A stretch of 64,000 nt of DNA from Octopus sinensis (Eukaryota). Below are positions 50,430 through 64,000 of the stretch, piece by piece (positions within the stretch are counted from its first letter, which is position 1; the number at the start of each line of letters is the position of its first letter). The stretch is from contig NW_021836305.1 in NCBI RefSeq assembly GCF_006345805.1, positions 2,778-66,777 on the forward strand, read 5' to 3'. Below the pieces are notes generated by a model that was given only the letters and a program-made list of their open reading frames with translations, was not told the DNA's origin and made no database searches. The position numbers were made by a program, and so were the translations under genes.

Positions 50430-52164
50430 TTGGGGAAATGTCGACCCTGGGTTCTCATTCATAAGGGTTTTTTTGAAAGCTTAGTAAACTAGTAATCATT
50501 ATTATTCTTTCCAAATTATTCTACAAGTTGTCATTTTCTACAAAGTTCTAAAGCCTTATCTTTAATTTCATTCTAATAAGATTGCCAAAAAGGTATTCAC
50601 TTATTCTTTTATTCATTTAAACACACCAGCATCAGTTGTCAAGCGATGTTGGGTGGGGTGGGGAAACAAAGACACACAAACATATACACACACATACACA
50701 CACACCTATATATATATATATAATATATATATATATATACATATATACGATGGGCTTCTCTCAGCTTCTGTCTACGAAATCCACTCACAAGGCTTTGGTT
50801 GGTCCAAGGCTATAGTAGAAGACACTTGCCCAAACTGCCACGCAGTGGGACTGAACCCAGAACCATGTGGTTGGTAAGCAACCTACGTACCACACAGCCA
50901 CTCCTACACCTCTGTGATAATATATTAGGAATGACAAGATGTGTTGATTGGATTCTTGCTGTTCTGCTTGCACTCCATGAAGTATACTTAATTTTATTAT
51001 ATAAAATGATATGTTCCCTAAAATAAGGAATTCTTTCATCTGTATGTAGTAAGGAGGCCCTATTGGAGTGGGGGATAACCTCTTAATAGAGAATTTCAGG
51101 GAAAGTTGGTCAAAACAATCATCATCCTCATCACCATCATCATCATCATCATCATCATCAACTGTCTGTTTGCCATGTTGGTATGGGTTGGATGGCTTGA
51201 TAGTAACTGGTAAGCCAAAGGGCTGCACCAGGTTCCGTAGCCTGTTTTGGCTTGAATTTTAAAACTGGATGCCCTTCATAATGTCAACCCAGCTTTTTAT
51301 GTACTGGATGCTTTTCATGTAGCACCATCACCAATGTTTTTTTTTAAGTGGCACCAGCACCCCAACCAATGCTTTTTACATGGCACCCTGGTTTTAGGAT
51401 GGAAATTCTTAAACCTCATTTATGATATATAATGGACTTAACATCGTGAAACCTAAAGAGAGGAAGCATTACACATTTGTACAGCAAAACAATTGAAGAA
51501 GCTTTTTCAACTTTTAATATATGACTTGTAGTTCTTTCAAGGAGTATTTTTTGAAGCTTTCCTATGACTTTTCTTATATATGACATTGTTACTTGATACT
51601 TTTGTATGTGTAGCAGATCAAAAGTGGAGAGGGATTACAGGTAATTAGATCGGAGGAGCAGAATGTTTTGATACCATAGACACAGTTTTCAGTGCATTAG
51701 GTACATAAACCCACACACACGCATACACATGGTTGTTGTTAATAAAAAGAACAAGCAATTGAAGACCAGTGATGTGAAAAATCACTACAATTTCAATGTG
51801 TGACCTGAAGAAAATTGACCTGCTATTTCTAGCAGACTAAGTAACCACACACAATCTATTTCTTAAGTGGAGGGAAATAAAAACATGTCACAGGAAAAAT
51901 AGTGAAAGTATAATATTTTATGTTTATGTATTTGTTTTGCAAGACTCTTGATGGGAAATCATGTGTTGAAACAGATACAAGATCTGATTAATAAGTATAC
52001 GGACTGTTGCCATAGTAACGAAACTAAAGAGTAAAGATGTTTGGCAAAGATTGAGCTTGTACTCTGCTGTGCATGCACACTAAGTTTTAATGTTCTAGCT
52101 CACTTCCACTGTTTATAGCAGTGCTTGGAAGGAAGGTGTGTAGTGTATGATTTGTTGCATAGAC

Positions 52165-52620
52165 TTGCTCAGAGGCCTTTACAAGGTTGCAGAAAGTGTA
52201 TGGAAAGGAGTGTATGAGCTACACACAAGTGTACGAGTGGTTCAGACATTTCCAAGATGGTCAGTAAAACGTCAATATTGACGAACGTTCTGGGAGACCA
52301 GCAACCAGCAGAACTGAGAAAAACATCACAGATGTGCATGCAGCTGTGAGGGGAAATTGTCAAATCACCATCTGTGAGTTATCAGAGGACGTGCACATTA
52401 GTTACGGTTCAGTTCAGTTCATTTGCACTGAAGATTTGGGTATGAGACACATGTCTGCCAAGTTTGTGCCAAAAACTGCTTTCAACTGATCCAAAACACA
52501 TTCAGGTTTCAGTTGCACAAGATCTTGATTGTGTCGAGAACGGTGAAAACTTTTTGTAAACTTTGCATAGGCCTCTGAGCATGTATCGTCAAGCTTTTGG
52601 CAGAATTTCATGCAGATTCT
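52165..52620 (+). mobile_element. Mariner relic (N-terminal HTH) with an inverted 5' segment
   Basis: Plus strand EAFTRLQKVYGKECMSYTQVYEWFRHFQDG..RSGRP; minus strand KFCQKLDDTCSEAYAK at about 52560-52611. Confidence 0.75.
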
Positions 52621-52798
52621 CGGCTAAACTTTCTCTGTCATGGTCAATCCGACGATCACACACTATACACATTTTTTCCAAGCACTGCTGTAAACAGTGG
52701 AAGTGAGTTAGAATGTTACAACTTCGTGCAGATACACAACAAGGTTCAAGGTCAATCTGTGCATTTGTGTCCCATTATAACTAAACATAAAACACACA

Positions 52799-52862
<64 letters not shown>

Positions 52863-53741
52863 ATATAATATATATATATATACATACACACATATGTATA
52901 TTAGTGTATGTAGATTGTTAGTGATTTTTTCCTCCGTCTTAATTTTTTTTGGACTACCCTCTGTTTCATGTTTCTAAAGAAGAGCTTTGCTCGAAACGTT
53001 AAGCACCCCTCTGTTCCTTTTGCTCCAAACCAAAGACAGTAAACGCCAGAGGATGACCCTACGTATATCACAGATTGAAATACAGAAAAATAGCATTTAG
53101 CAAACATCGACATTTGTGCCATTAACGAACAACCCAACTTCAGAATTTTCCCCTCTATAAATTCAGGGACAATTCAACCTATAATCAGCGCATTAGCAAA
53201 GAATCATATTTTATCGCAAGATATAAATCCCTTTTCAATGCTTCCACCACAGATGACACTACTACAAGGCTCTTAGAATAATACCCACACAAATATTGAA
53301 AACGATATATTTAGAACAGTCACTGCCCATGAACTTATTCAGAACAATTCCAATCACTACTGCTATAACCACAACATGTCACTTTTAGGTCACTTGACCA
53401 TTCAAGAGGACTTTACGAACAGCCTACTGCAGTCATACCACTCCCGTCTTTTTCTTCTTCTTTCTCTTCTTTTCTCCCCTTCGTCATCCTCCTCCTCTTT
53501 GTTCTTCGCCGTCTCCTTCCTTAGCTACTGCTACTTAAACAGTCAAAATCCAGAACCAACACCCCCCATATTAAATACTTCAATTGTTTTTCATACTTTA
53601 CTCTACGTTGAAGAAGTCGAAACAGCTGAGCCCGGTACTAAAATGTTCTTCATGATAAAATTATTTTAGCATTTTCTACCTTATTTCCCTTATAATATGA
53701 ACTTGTGTGTTACTTTTCAACCTTCTACACACACACACACA

Positions 53742-53858
<117 letters not shown>

Positions 53859-53946
53859 ACAGAACCGGTAAGATAACAAAATAATGAAAGAGACCTCGAT
53901 ATTATGTAAATAGAGGAATTTATCTGTAAATATAATATGTGACAAT

Positions 53947-55491
<1,545 letters not shown>

Positions 55492-55562
55492 ATATATATA
55501 TATATAGTATAAATATGTTCCAAAAAGAAAATATAAAATATAAAATACACGTGGAAATGTAA

Positions 55563-56762
55563 GGGGAAAATAAGAAAAATCAACGAAAATGCACATTGTA
55601 CATAAAAAAAGAAAAGGCTTTTTATGAAAGGTAACGACAGATATATACATTTAGATGGACTGAAGTAGTAATAAATGTTATAAAAGTCATTATTATGAGA
55701 TGATTAAAAAGTCAGAAAGAAAAGCATACCATGGTTTCGTCCTAACCTATTCATTGCCTTGAATAAACACCGGCTAATGAACGGTGTCAGGACTAATAGT
55801 TCCTGAGTAAAAAGATTATTTGTAAGGGAGGTAAGTAGTTCTGGATTTCCTGCAGCTGTGTTAGATATAGAATTGTAATGTGAATGGTGTAGGGAGTATA
55901 TAGGGGTTAGTAGTGTTCATTGAAGGGTTAGTGGTGCTCTGTATTAAGTTGTGTGATCATATTTAATTGGGAAAGATATTTATTGATGAAAATTGCCTCT
56001 TTATTCAACCTTTGTTGCATTGCGGTGTTCTGTGAACATTGATAGAAGGGGAAGATTTGGAAATTAGTATCAAGATTCATAGCACACCTTTCTATGTGTT
56101 CACTAACCTGTAACTGTCTGTATTGTGTTTGGCGGATTTATTCTTTGTGGATGGTAGTTCTTCGACGGAGTGATATTCCTGTCTGTCCAATATAGTGGTT
56201 ACCACATCCTAAGCATGTCATGACATAGATTAGATTTTCCGAGGCCCAGGTGAAATTTGATTTGATCTTAAATATTTTTCCTTGTTTGAAGTGAAATTCT
56301 GAACCCTCCAAAAGTTGGGGGCATGTTCCATAGTTAGGATGACCACATTTTTTCACTTTTGGCTATGTTGTTAGTGGATAAAGTCTTGCGCTGATTAATA
56401 TTTTTTTCAGTGACTTCGGTTGCTTTTTGCTTTTTATAATTTTGTATGAGCTTAAAATTTCGTTCATTGTTTTGTCTGCTGTGAGGACGGGAAGATTTTG
56501 GGTGATAATGTTGAAGGCTTCGTTGTTTCTAGGGTTATGTGTGGAAATGTACGGGAGTATTTTTAAGTCTGGTTTAGTATTTCGGGTGGCTTGACTTAAT
56601 ATTTGTATATCTATTTCCTTAGCTCTTAATGACTTTTATGACTTTTATGACTTTTATTACTACCTCAGTCCATCTAAATGTATATATCTGTCGTTACATT
56701 TCATAAAAAGTCTATTCTTTTTTTATTTACTATGTGAATTTTCGTTGATTTTTCTTATTTCC

Positions 56763-56764
<2 letters not shown>
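55563..56764 (-). mobile_element. Second Penelope-like element: GIY-YIG fragment between inverted pseudo-LTR ends
   Basis: NLIYVMTCLGCGNHYIGQTG motif (56138-56356); 55563-55692 inverted at 56627-56764. Confidence 0.85.
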
Positions 56765-56800
<36 letters not shown>

Positions 56801-56837
56801 ATGTACATATATATAAACACACACACACACGTATATT

Positions 56838-56908
<71 letters not shown>

Positions 56909-57449
56909 TATATATATATATACACACACGACAAATATGATTATTAAGATTATGAGACAAGGAAGAGACAAACGAACAATACATGATATTTAAAAAGCAA
57001 AGTAAAGCGAACGCTGAAACAGCTTAAGAATATGAAATGAAATAATTACAGTGGAAGAACGTGTACATTGAAAATACGCTAATGAAAGAAGCAGAAGCGA
57101 ATTTGATATTTCGGGTAATACTCTTTATCAAAGTGGAGAGAAAGGAATAAGAAATGTACGAGATAATACAAATATAAACGAATTACATGGTAGGCTTGGT
57201 GTAAAGTGATAGGTGGAGTGTGGGATACTAGGACCAGAAATGGCGCCACAATTTGGTTGACAGTGAAAGAATGAGAAAAAAAATAAGTGGGGAGAGAGTG
57301 GGAGAAAGGTGAGGAAGAGAGATAGATGAAAGGTGATGAGTGTTGTGTGAGTGTATGAGAGAGAGAGAAGAACCACAAGAAAAGAAATGAGAAAACAAAT
57401 CTTCAAACATGAAGCTGAAATTCAAGTCTTTTCATTCCATTTCTAAAGG

Positions 57450-57800
57450 GTTAGAAGACTACCAATGGTTTCAGTTTGCTATCTCTGCTTGCGTTGTCAC
57501 TAAACATTGAAATTAGTCGATCTTTCGAAACTTTAAATACAGACATTGACGATTCTTGGTGGTATTTTTTTTAATCTCCAAAAGAATCCTTCCCCATCCA
57601 CATTGAAAACTTGCCTTGACATGTAATTTCCTTCTCCAGTAATTTTTTCTTAAATTTTGTGCACAAAATTTTACTGCTTCATCCTCTGTGATTCTTTATA
57701 TTGTGCCAACCTGCTCTCTTCTAGCGCCCAAACCATCCACGGTTTACAGTAAGGTGGGTTTTTTTTAACACAGCGCCCATAGTCCTTTTTTAGGACCAGA
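57450..57800 (-). mobile_element. pogo/Tigger transposase relic
   Basis: Minus strand NRGWFGR, QVFNVDGEGFFWR and FKVSKDRLISMFSDNASRDSKLKPLVV match Tigger motifs (QVFNADETGLFW; KDRLT...NA.GD.KLKP). Confidence 0.75.
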
Positions 57801-57887
57801 AGGACAATACATCATACTTCTGCAATACCTGTATTTTTTCGAGATACCTTAAGTTAGTCATCAAGACTGGAGTGTCTTTCAAATATT

Positions 57888-58025
57888 CTTTTCTACTCAA
57901 GGCACAAGGCCCGAAATTTTGGGGAAGGAGGCCAGTCGATTAGATTGACCCCAATACGCCACTGGTACTTAATTTATCGACCCCAAAAGGATGAAAGACA
58001 AAGTAGACCTCGGCAGAATTTGAAC
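57888..58025 (-). mobile_element. 5'-truncated SINE (family A) with 13-bp TSD
   Basis: TSD tctttcaaatatt at 57875-57887 and 58026-58038. Confidence 0.88.
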
Positions 58026-58746
58026 TCTTTCAAATATTGTAACAAAATGTTTTTATATATTTAGTATCAGATAAAGTTGTATAAAAAAGTTTTTAGATAA
58101 TAAATCAAATAAAACAATTTGTGGACTAAAGTGTTAATGGTATTTCCGGCATGGTACTACCTTATAATACCATACATTTTCCCCCAAAGTTATGGTTCCT
58201 TCTAGTTTCTTATTTAATGTTCCAGTTAGTGTACTAATGTATTTTGGTATGTTAAAAAAAAGGATGCCCAATATTCTAAAAGAAAGACAGAGAACGGAGC
58301 AGTCAGGGAAAGTATTCTAAGATGTCTCGGAAACATTCACTTGTTAATAAAAAAAATGGCGTATTTTAATTGCAGCAAATACGATGGTGCACAGCAAAGG
58401 AGAATGGGAGTTGCTGGCTCTCGCCGACATAATTTGGCCTTTAGCTTAGCTGATAAATGCATTCATTGCTTTCAGACAGCCCACATTGAATTATAATCAA
58501 ATTTTAAAAAAATATATTGCTTTTTATTTTTGCCGCTGAAAATTCTCATAGAGCTGTAAAGTTGTGAAAAACAAACGCTGAGAGTGAGAACTACCTGTGT
58601 ATAATTGTATATTTTCATACAAACACTCATATACGTAATTTGAACATTAACCACAGTATTATGAATTTTTTTTTTTTACCAGGGAGGTATCTGAGACTAT
58701 ATACAGAAGTGGCAATAAAAGAGAGCAAAAGAAATAGAAACCGAAG

Positions 58747-58825
58747 ATGACAGCGGATACTGTACCGCCAGAGAGGAAGTTGGGGTTACTAAAGGGAATT
58801 TCTATGATAGTCGGCATCATGATTG
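58747..58825 (+). CDS. Second SLC7 (LAT/b0,+AT-type) paralog, first coding exon (MTADTVPPERKLGLLKGISMIVGIMIG)
   Basis: ATG preceded by in-frame TAG (58735); candidate acceptor at 58682; gtaagt donor; TM1 motif LGL..GIS.IVG..IG. Confidence 0.85.
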
Positions 58826-59599
58826 GTAAGTAAAATATTTTGATATTCAAGTCCTTCTCTCAGCAATTAGAATATTAGTCGAGGTCTTCGTTTAAAGCAA
58901 TGATTTTCAACCATTTTGTTTTTACCTGTGGACTCCTTTGATCACTATTCTATTCTAGCGGGCCCCGAAAGCCATCTGATGTTTAAATACTAGTTTTATA
59001 GACGCTTCTTTCAAAATACGTATTTTGTTCTTCACACATCAACCAGTTTAGGTTGAACTACGTAAAATGTTAAAGAAAGAAATCAAGTTGTTCCTTGCAA
59101 TAAATACATCTATATGAACGTTGTTTCATGAGCCCTTAAAATACTACTGTGGATCCTTAATTTACTATTTTACTTGCGTGGACTCCAAATTTCTTATAAG
59201 GACCCCATTTGAGAACCACTGGTTTAAGCAACCTTGTAATATTTTTTACATTGTCTTTTCGATTTTCAGAATTATTTAATAGTTTGTTCAACTTCTTCTT
59301 GGTTGCTTCTGACTAGTTCTGAACTACAACAGGCATAGGCAACCTTTTATGAGAAGCAGGCTGCATGAAACATGACTTGTCATCAGGTGGGTCGCACTAC
59401 TGAAAATAAAAGTAATTTTCTTTGGCGTGCTATTCGGAAAAATCCGCGGATTGCAGGTTGTCCAATGACTGATCTAGAACAATACAACTGAAAGTGGTGG
59501 TCGCGAACCGGTACCAGCCCGCGAGCCATTAGCTGCTGGTACACGGCGAGTTTCCAGAAAAGAAAGAAACATCACAAAATGCTTATATAATATATATTT

Positions 59600-59968
59600 A
59601 TTTACTCTTTTACTTGTTTCAGTCATTTGACTGCAGCCATGCTGGAGCACCGCCTTTAGTCAAGCAAATTGCCCCCAGGACTTATTCTTTGTAAGCCCAG
59701 TACTTATTCTATCGGTCTAATTTGCCGACCCGCTAAATTACGGGGACGTAACACAACAGCATCGGTTTTCAAGCTATGTTGGGGGGACTAACATAGACAC
59801 ACAAACATAGACACACATAAGCACACACACACACATATATATATATGTATACGACGGGCATCTTTCAGTTTCCCTCTACCAAATCCACTCACAAGGCATT
59901 GGTCGGCCCGAGGCTATAGTAGAAGACACTTGCCCAAGGTGCAACACAGTGGGACTGAACCCGGAGCC
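59600..59968 (-). mobile_element. tRNA-derived SINE (family B)
   Basis: Reverse complement of the 29048-29435 family; nested among hAT-like MITE ends. Confidence 0.85.
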
Positions 59969-60631
59969 ACAAAATAAATATAAGATAAAAAAATGGTCAA
60001 CTCTTATTATATTCATTATATGTATTGTTTCCGGTATAAATTAATATTACTAAGAAATATCACTGGTCCCTGGCACATTGGATGAAAAACACCCTGGTGG
60101 TATGCCCCATCAGATAGTTTGAGAAGCCTTTGTCTAGAGGATACTCATTGTTGATATGTATGACATAATGCAACAATGCATGGAATAGCGTGGTCAGTTG
60201 TTACACCGTTGTGATGTTGCAGACTATAGATATGCGATGTGAAGTAAGGATGTCCAATATTCTAAAAGAAAGACAGAGAATGGAGCAGTCAAGGAAAGTA
60301 TTCTAAGATGTCTCGTTAACATTCACTTGTTAATAGTAAAAATTTCGTTTAAATATAAATATTTTTTAAAGAAAGAGTGGTCTTAGGTAGATTAATATCA
60401 AAAGGATTTAGTAGCAGCCTCCCTAAATTCATTCACCTATTTCAAATTCTAGATCCTAAGTCTGAAAGAACATGCAAATTAGCTAGACCAGCCTTGTTAC
60501 TGCTTCCCTCCTCAATATCTGAAATGTGTGTGTGTGTGTGTGTAGGGTCAGGTTTTAGCCAGGCCCATTGATCCACAAACTCAGGAAACAAACAAGTTTC
60601 ATTTCCTTGTAATCCATTTTCTCTATTTTAG

Positions 60632-60733
60632 GATCTGGCATTTTCATTTCGCCGAAGGGCGTTCTTGAAGCGAGCAAGTCTGTTGGATTGACCATGATTG
60701 TATGGCTTGGATGTGGTGTCATTACCATGCTCT
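60632..60733 (+). CDS. Second SLC7 paralog, second coding exon ([34 protein letters not shown])
   Basis: ttttag acceptor, gtgagt donor; [12 protein letters not shown] signature of LAT-family TM1; phase matches previous exon. Confidence 0.92.
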
Positions 60734-61401
60734 GTGAGTACTTGCTTTATTTTTTTCTTTGTTCTCTGTTTTTCTCTCGTTCTCTCTCTTTCAATCTCTC
60801 TCTCACTCTATCTTACTCTTTAATCTATTTCCAGCATTCTAAATTCTTCAGTAATACACAATTTTATCATAGTGTGTGTGTTAACTAAAGTACTGAGAAA
60901 ATAGGAGAGTGAGAAATTGCTTTAAATGTTTACACCTAATAAACCTAGATCTAGTCACACTCTTTTTTTGCCCTTTGCTACTTGGGCAGTTGGGTATTAA
61001 AAGCTGCAGAGAACTGCTGCAATCAAACACTTGTCTGACGATGCTGAAAAGAGCTCAATGTAGATATAGGCGAAGAAACATGACCAGTAGACCTAGTTAT
61101 GGATTCCATTGGTTATTTACGGGAATATAAGAAAAGAATTGGGTCCTTCTTCGGTCAGAATGGCCTAGTGGGCTGAAACTCACACCTGGGAACACGGGTT
61201 CACAAAAAGAACGACCCAGGTTCAAATCGCGCTTGAGACAAGATTTTGGAAAGTAGTAGGAGGAAACCTAGGAGTCGTAAAGTGGGTGGGCCCGGCTCCC
61301 GTAGAGTGTTATGTATAAGGGCTGGAACGCTAGTTGGGTGGGAGTTCTTCCTCTAAACATCTCTCTAGCTTTATGTTCACCCTGCGGCGAGTTTCTGTTT
61401 C

Positions 61402-61483
61402 TATTTTATGGACTCAACCATGTTCTAAAATAAGTCGAAAGGTAAGCTACTATAAATCGGCACCAACTTTCCGGACAACCCAA
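61402..61483. mobile_element. Solo end of the mariner family seen at 4995-5560
   Basis: Near identical to 5478-5560 including TIR aactttccggacaacccaa+TA. Confidence 0.8.
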
Positions 61484-64000
61484 TACATTGAGATCTCTAC
61501 TAGGTTATTAATCTCACAATGCACATATATATATATTGTATCTCACAATACATTATATATATGTGTATATATGCCTCTATTTATTTTTTTTTTCATAGCT
61601 TTTCACGTCTTTTCTCAAGATTGTGTAGGTGAGATCTTTTATCTATTTTCTTGTTTCAGTCATTGGACTGTGACCATGCTGGGGCACCACCTTGAAATAT
61701 TTTTTTTTAGTTGAACACATTACCCTCAGTACTTATGTTTTTTTTTTCTTTTTTTAAAATTCTTGTAATTATTCTATCAGTTTCTTTTGTGAACTGCTAA
61801 CTGATGATCTTCAATATACCAGCAGCAGTTGTTGAGCAATGGGTTGGAAGGCTGGTGACAAACAAAGACAGAAAAATAAACACTCTTACATAATGGGCTG
61901 CCACACAGTTTCCATCTACCAAATTTACTTACAAAATATTGATTGGCCTGGGGTTTTAGGAAAAGACACTTGATCATCATTTTAGCATTTGAACGATGCC
62001 ACCCCCACTGGTTAGGAGAGCAGACCGACATTGCATTTGATCAGAAGACTAATTCATCACGGGGTTAACAATTCACAGCTGAGTGGACTGGAGCAATGTG
62101 AAATGAAGTGTTATGCTCAAGAACACAATATGCAGAGTTGGTCTGACAAGTGAAATCAAGAACTCTCAATTGTGGATCAACATCCTTTACCACTAAATCA
62201 CATACCTTCATGTACGTATTTCACCTTTTAAAATTTCTTAATATGCTTCTCATAGTCAACCACTCAGTTGTAAAATCGACAATATAAGCCATTTTAAATT
62301 AGCTTGGGTAGGCAAACAGGATCAAATTAAATAAGATGTGCTTTGTTATTCTTACTTCTTTGTGAGTCAGAACGACATACAAGATTACTCAGCATTTACG
62401 AAGTTGTATACTGTTGCGTACAATAGTAATACAGGCCATTACTGTTGCATACAATGGTAATGTGGTTGTAACATGGCTGAAAATATAAACAGGCTTGTTT
62501 CCATAGATGCAAGCATGGCTGTATGGGTAAGAAATACACTTTGTAACCACATGGTTTTGGGTTCCGTCCCACTGCACGACACTTTGGTCAAGTGTCTTTT
62601 ACTGTAGCCCCAGGCTGACCAATGTCTTTGGGTTAGAAAATGTCTGTGAATTTGGTAGATGGAAACTGTTTGGAAGTCTGCGATATAAATATGTGTGTGT
62701 GATTTTTCCATCACTGCTTGACAACCAGTGTTGGTTTATTTATGTCTCTGGGAAACAAGCAGTTTTCAAAAGAGACCAATAGTATCAGTACCAGACTTAA
62801 AAACGATAAGTACTGGGGTTAGTTTGTTTGGCTAAATACTTTCAGTCAGTGGCTCAGAATGACTGCAGTCCAATGACTTAAGATAAATGCTAATCTCAAA
62901 GTCCTGGGTTCTATCCAACTGAGGGGCACCATGGGCAAGTGTCATTTATCATGACATTGAGTGACGCCAGATTTTGTGAATAAAAAATATGAAGACAGAA
63001 ACTGTGTGAAAAGTTTTGGGGATGATTGTTACTTGTGATTTAATCCTTTGGTCTTCGGATTCCTCTGTCAGATGTAATGCTTATTTATTCCCATTGCCAA
63101 AACAGACCATGGAACCTGGTGTGACACCTGGCCTTGTCAGCTCCTGTCAAAATGTCCAATCCATGCCAGCATGGAAAACAGATAATGATGATTATGTTGA
63201 TATTTTGAATTAATTATGCATTGTCTTGTAATTTTGAGATTTTGATTACGTGATTCGTTATTTTTAGAATGACATTGTAGGGTAGGTGTGAGAGGCTGGA
63301 TCTGGTCAATTTGAACAGAAAACAGGTAGAATATTTGAGCTGGATTTGGATGGTTTCAATGCCAAAAGGATTAAAAATCTTCCCTTGTCTTACACCATGT
63401 CGTGCTCACTCTGTCCAAAGATTATTTTAACGTACACAAGTTTCTGTGGAATACTCAGTCACTCAAATGCTAATTCAATGAGCAAGTAGTTTAATTGACT
63501 AAATGGACAGAGAGTCATTATTGAAGATATCATTGTTGGCATCCTTTTGTCTCGGGAGACAATGGAGTTGCACATAAACTAATCCAATCTGGTTTTTACA
63601 TTTCATGTCCTCTCCAGTTTCCTCTCCAGTCAGCGCAGGCCTGGGCTAGATGTAAGAAAATCCTGGGTAGCCCAATCGACAGGATTCCTCTCTTGACCTT
63701 GCTGATGTAGTCCAAAGGAGTGCAGAGCAGTGCGTTTGGCACCAGCTTGGTTGCAAGACCTGCCGGAAGAGTGTCGAGCCAAACACTAAACCACCAACGG
63801 TGCTCCACTCCGGATTTCTTTTAAGGTTGTCTCCTTTCCATAACCCTGGATAGGATCCCGTACTGAATACTGTCAGCTGGAGCCAGCTGAGCCCGGGACT
63901 CATGTCAGGCAGGGTCGTCACTCCATGAAGTAGTGAAGAAAATCGCTACCCACTACCTACCCAGATATTGTAAATATCCATTAATTTAGCATTTCCATAT

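Larger units (their letters stand above)
47562..52090 (+). repeat. Direct segmental duplication copy A' (right flank of the rDNA fragment)
   Basis: Colinear with 30620-35374; ends cacactaagttttaa then continues into sequence not shared with copy A. Confidence 0.95.

Overview
Repeat-dense, AT-rich animal genomic DNA, most likely a coleoid cephalopod (Octopus-like). That assignment is inferred from the tRNA-derived SINE families and the very long GC-rich rRNA expansion segments. Protein-coding content: the last five coding exons of an SLC7A9/b(0,+)AT-like amino-acid transporter (2599-14248, +) and the first two coding exons of a second SLC7 paralog in tandem (58747-60733, +). Between them lies the main anomaly, a 12.2-kb GC-rich ribosomal DNA fragment (35375-47561). 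It comprises IGS with repeated spacer-promoter-like units, 5'ETS, an 18S with an internal deletion of about 0.4 kb, ITS1 with a 359-bp tandem repeat, 5.8S, ITS2 and a 3'-truncated 28S. It sits between two direct copies of a 4.5-4.75-kb block of local DNA (30620-35374 and 47562-52090) that differ by roughly 1% plus structural changes. This looks like an rDNA orphon inserted by template switching, although an assembly artefact cannot be excluded. The rest is transposon debris: RTE, CR1, Tx1, CRE-like and Penelope-like retroelements, mariner/Tc1/pogo/hAT elements, SINEs and microsatellites. Several minimal hammerhead-ribozyme motifs occur, including one in a short TSD-flanked retroposon. Nearly all ORFs in the supplied track are spurious (microsatellite, rDNA or TE derived).
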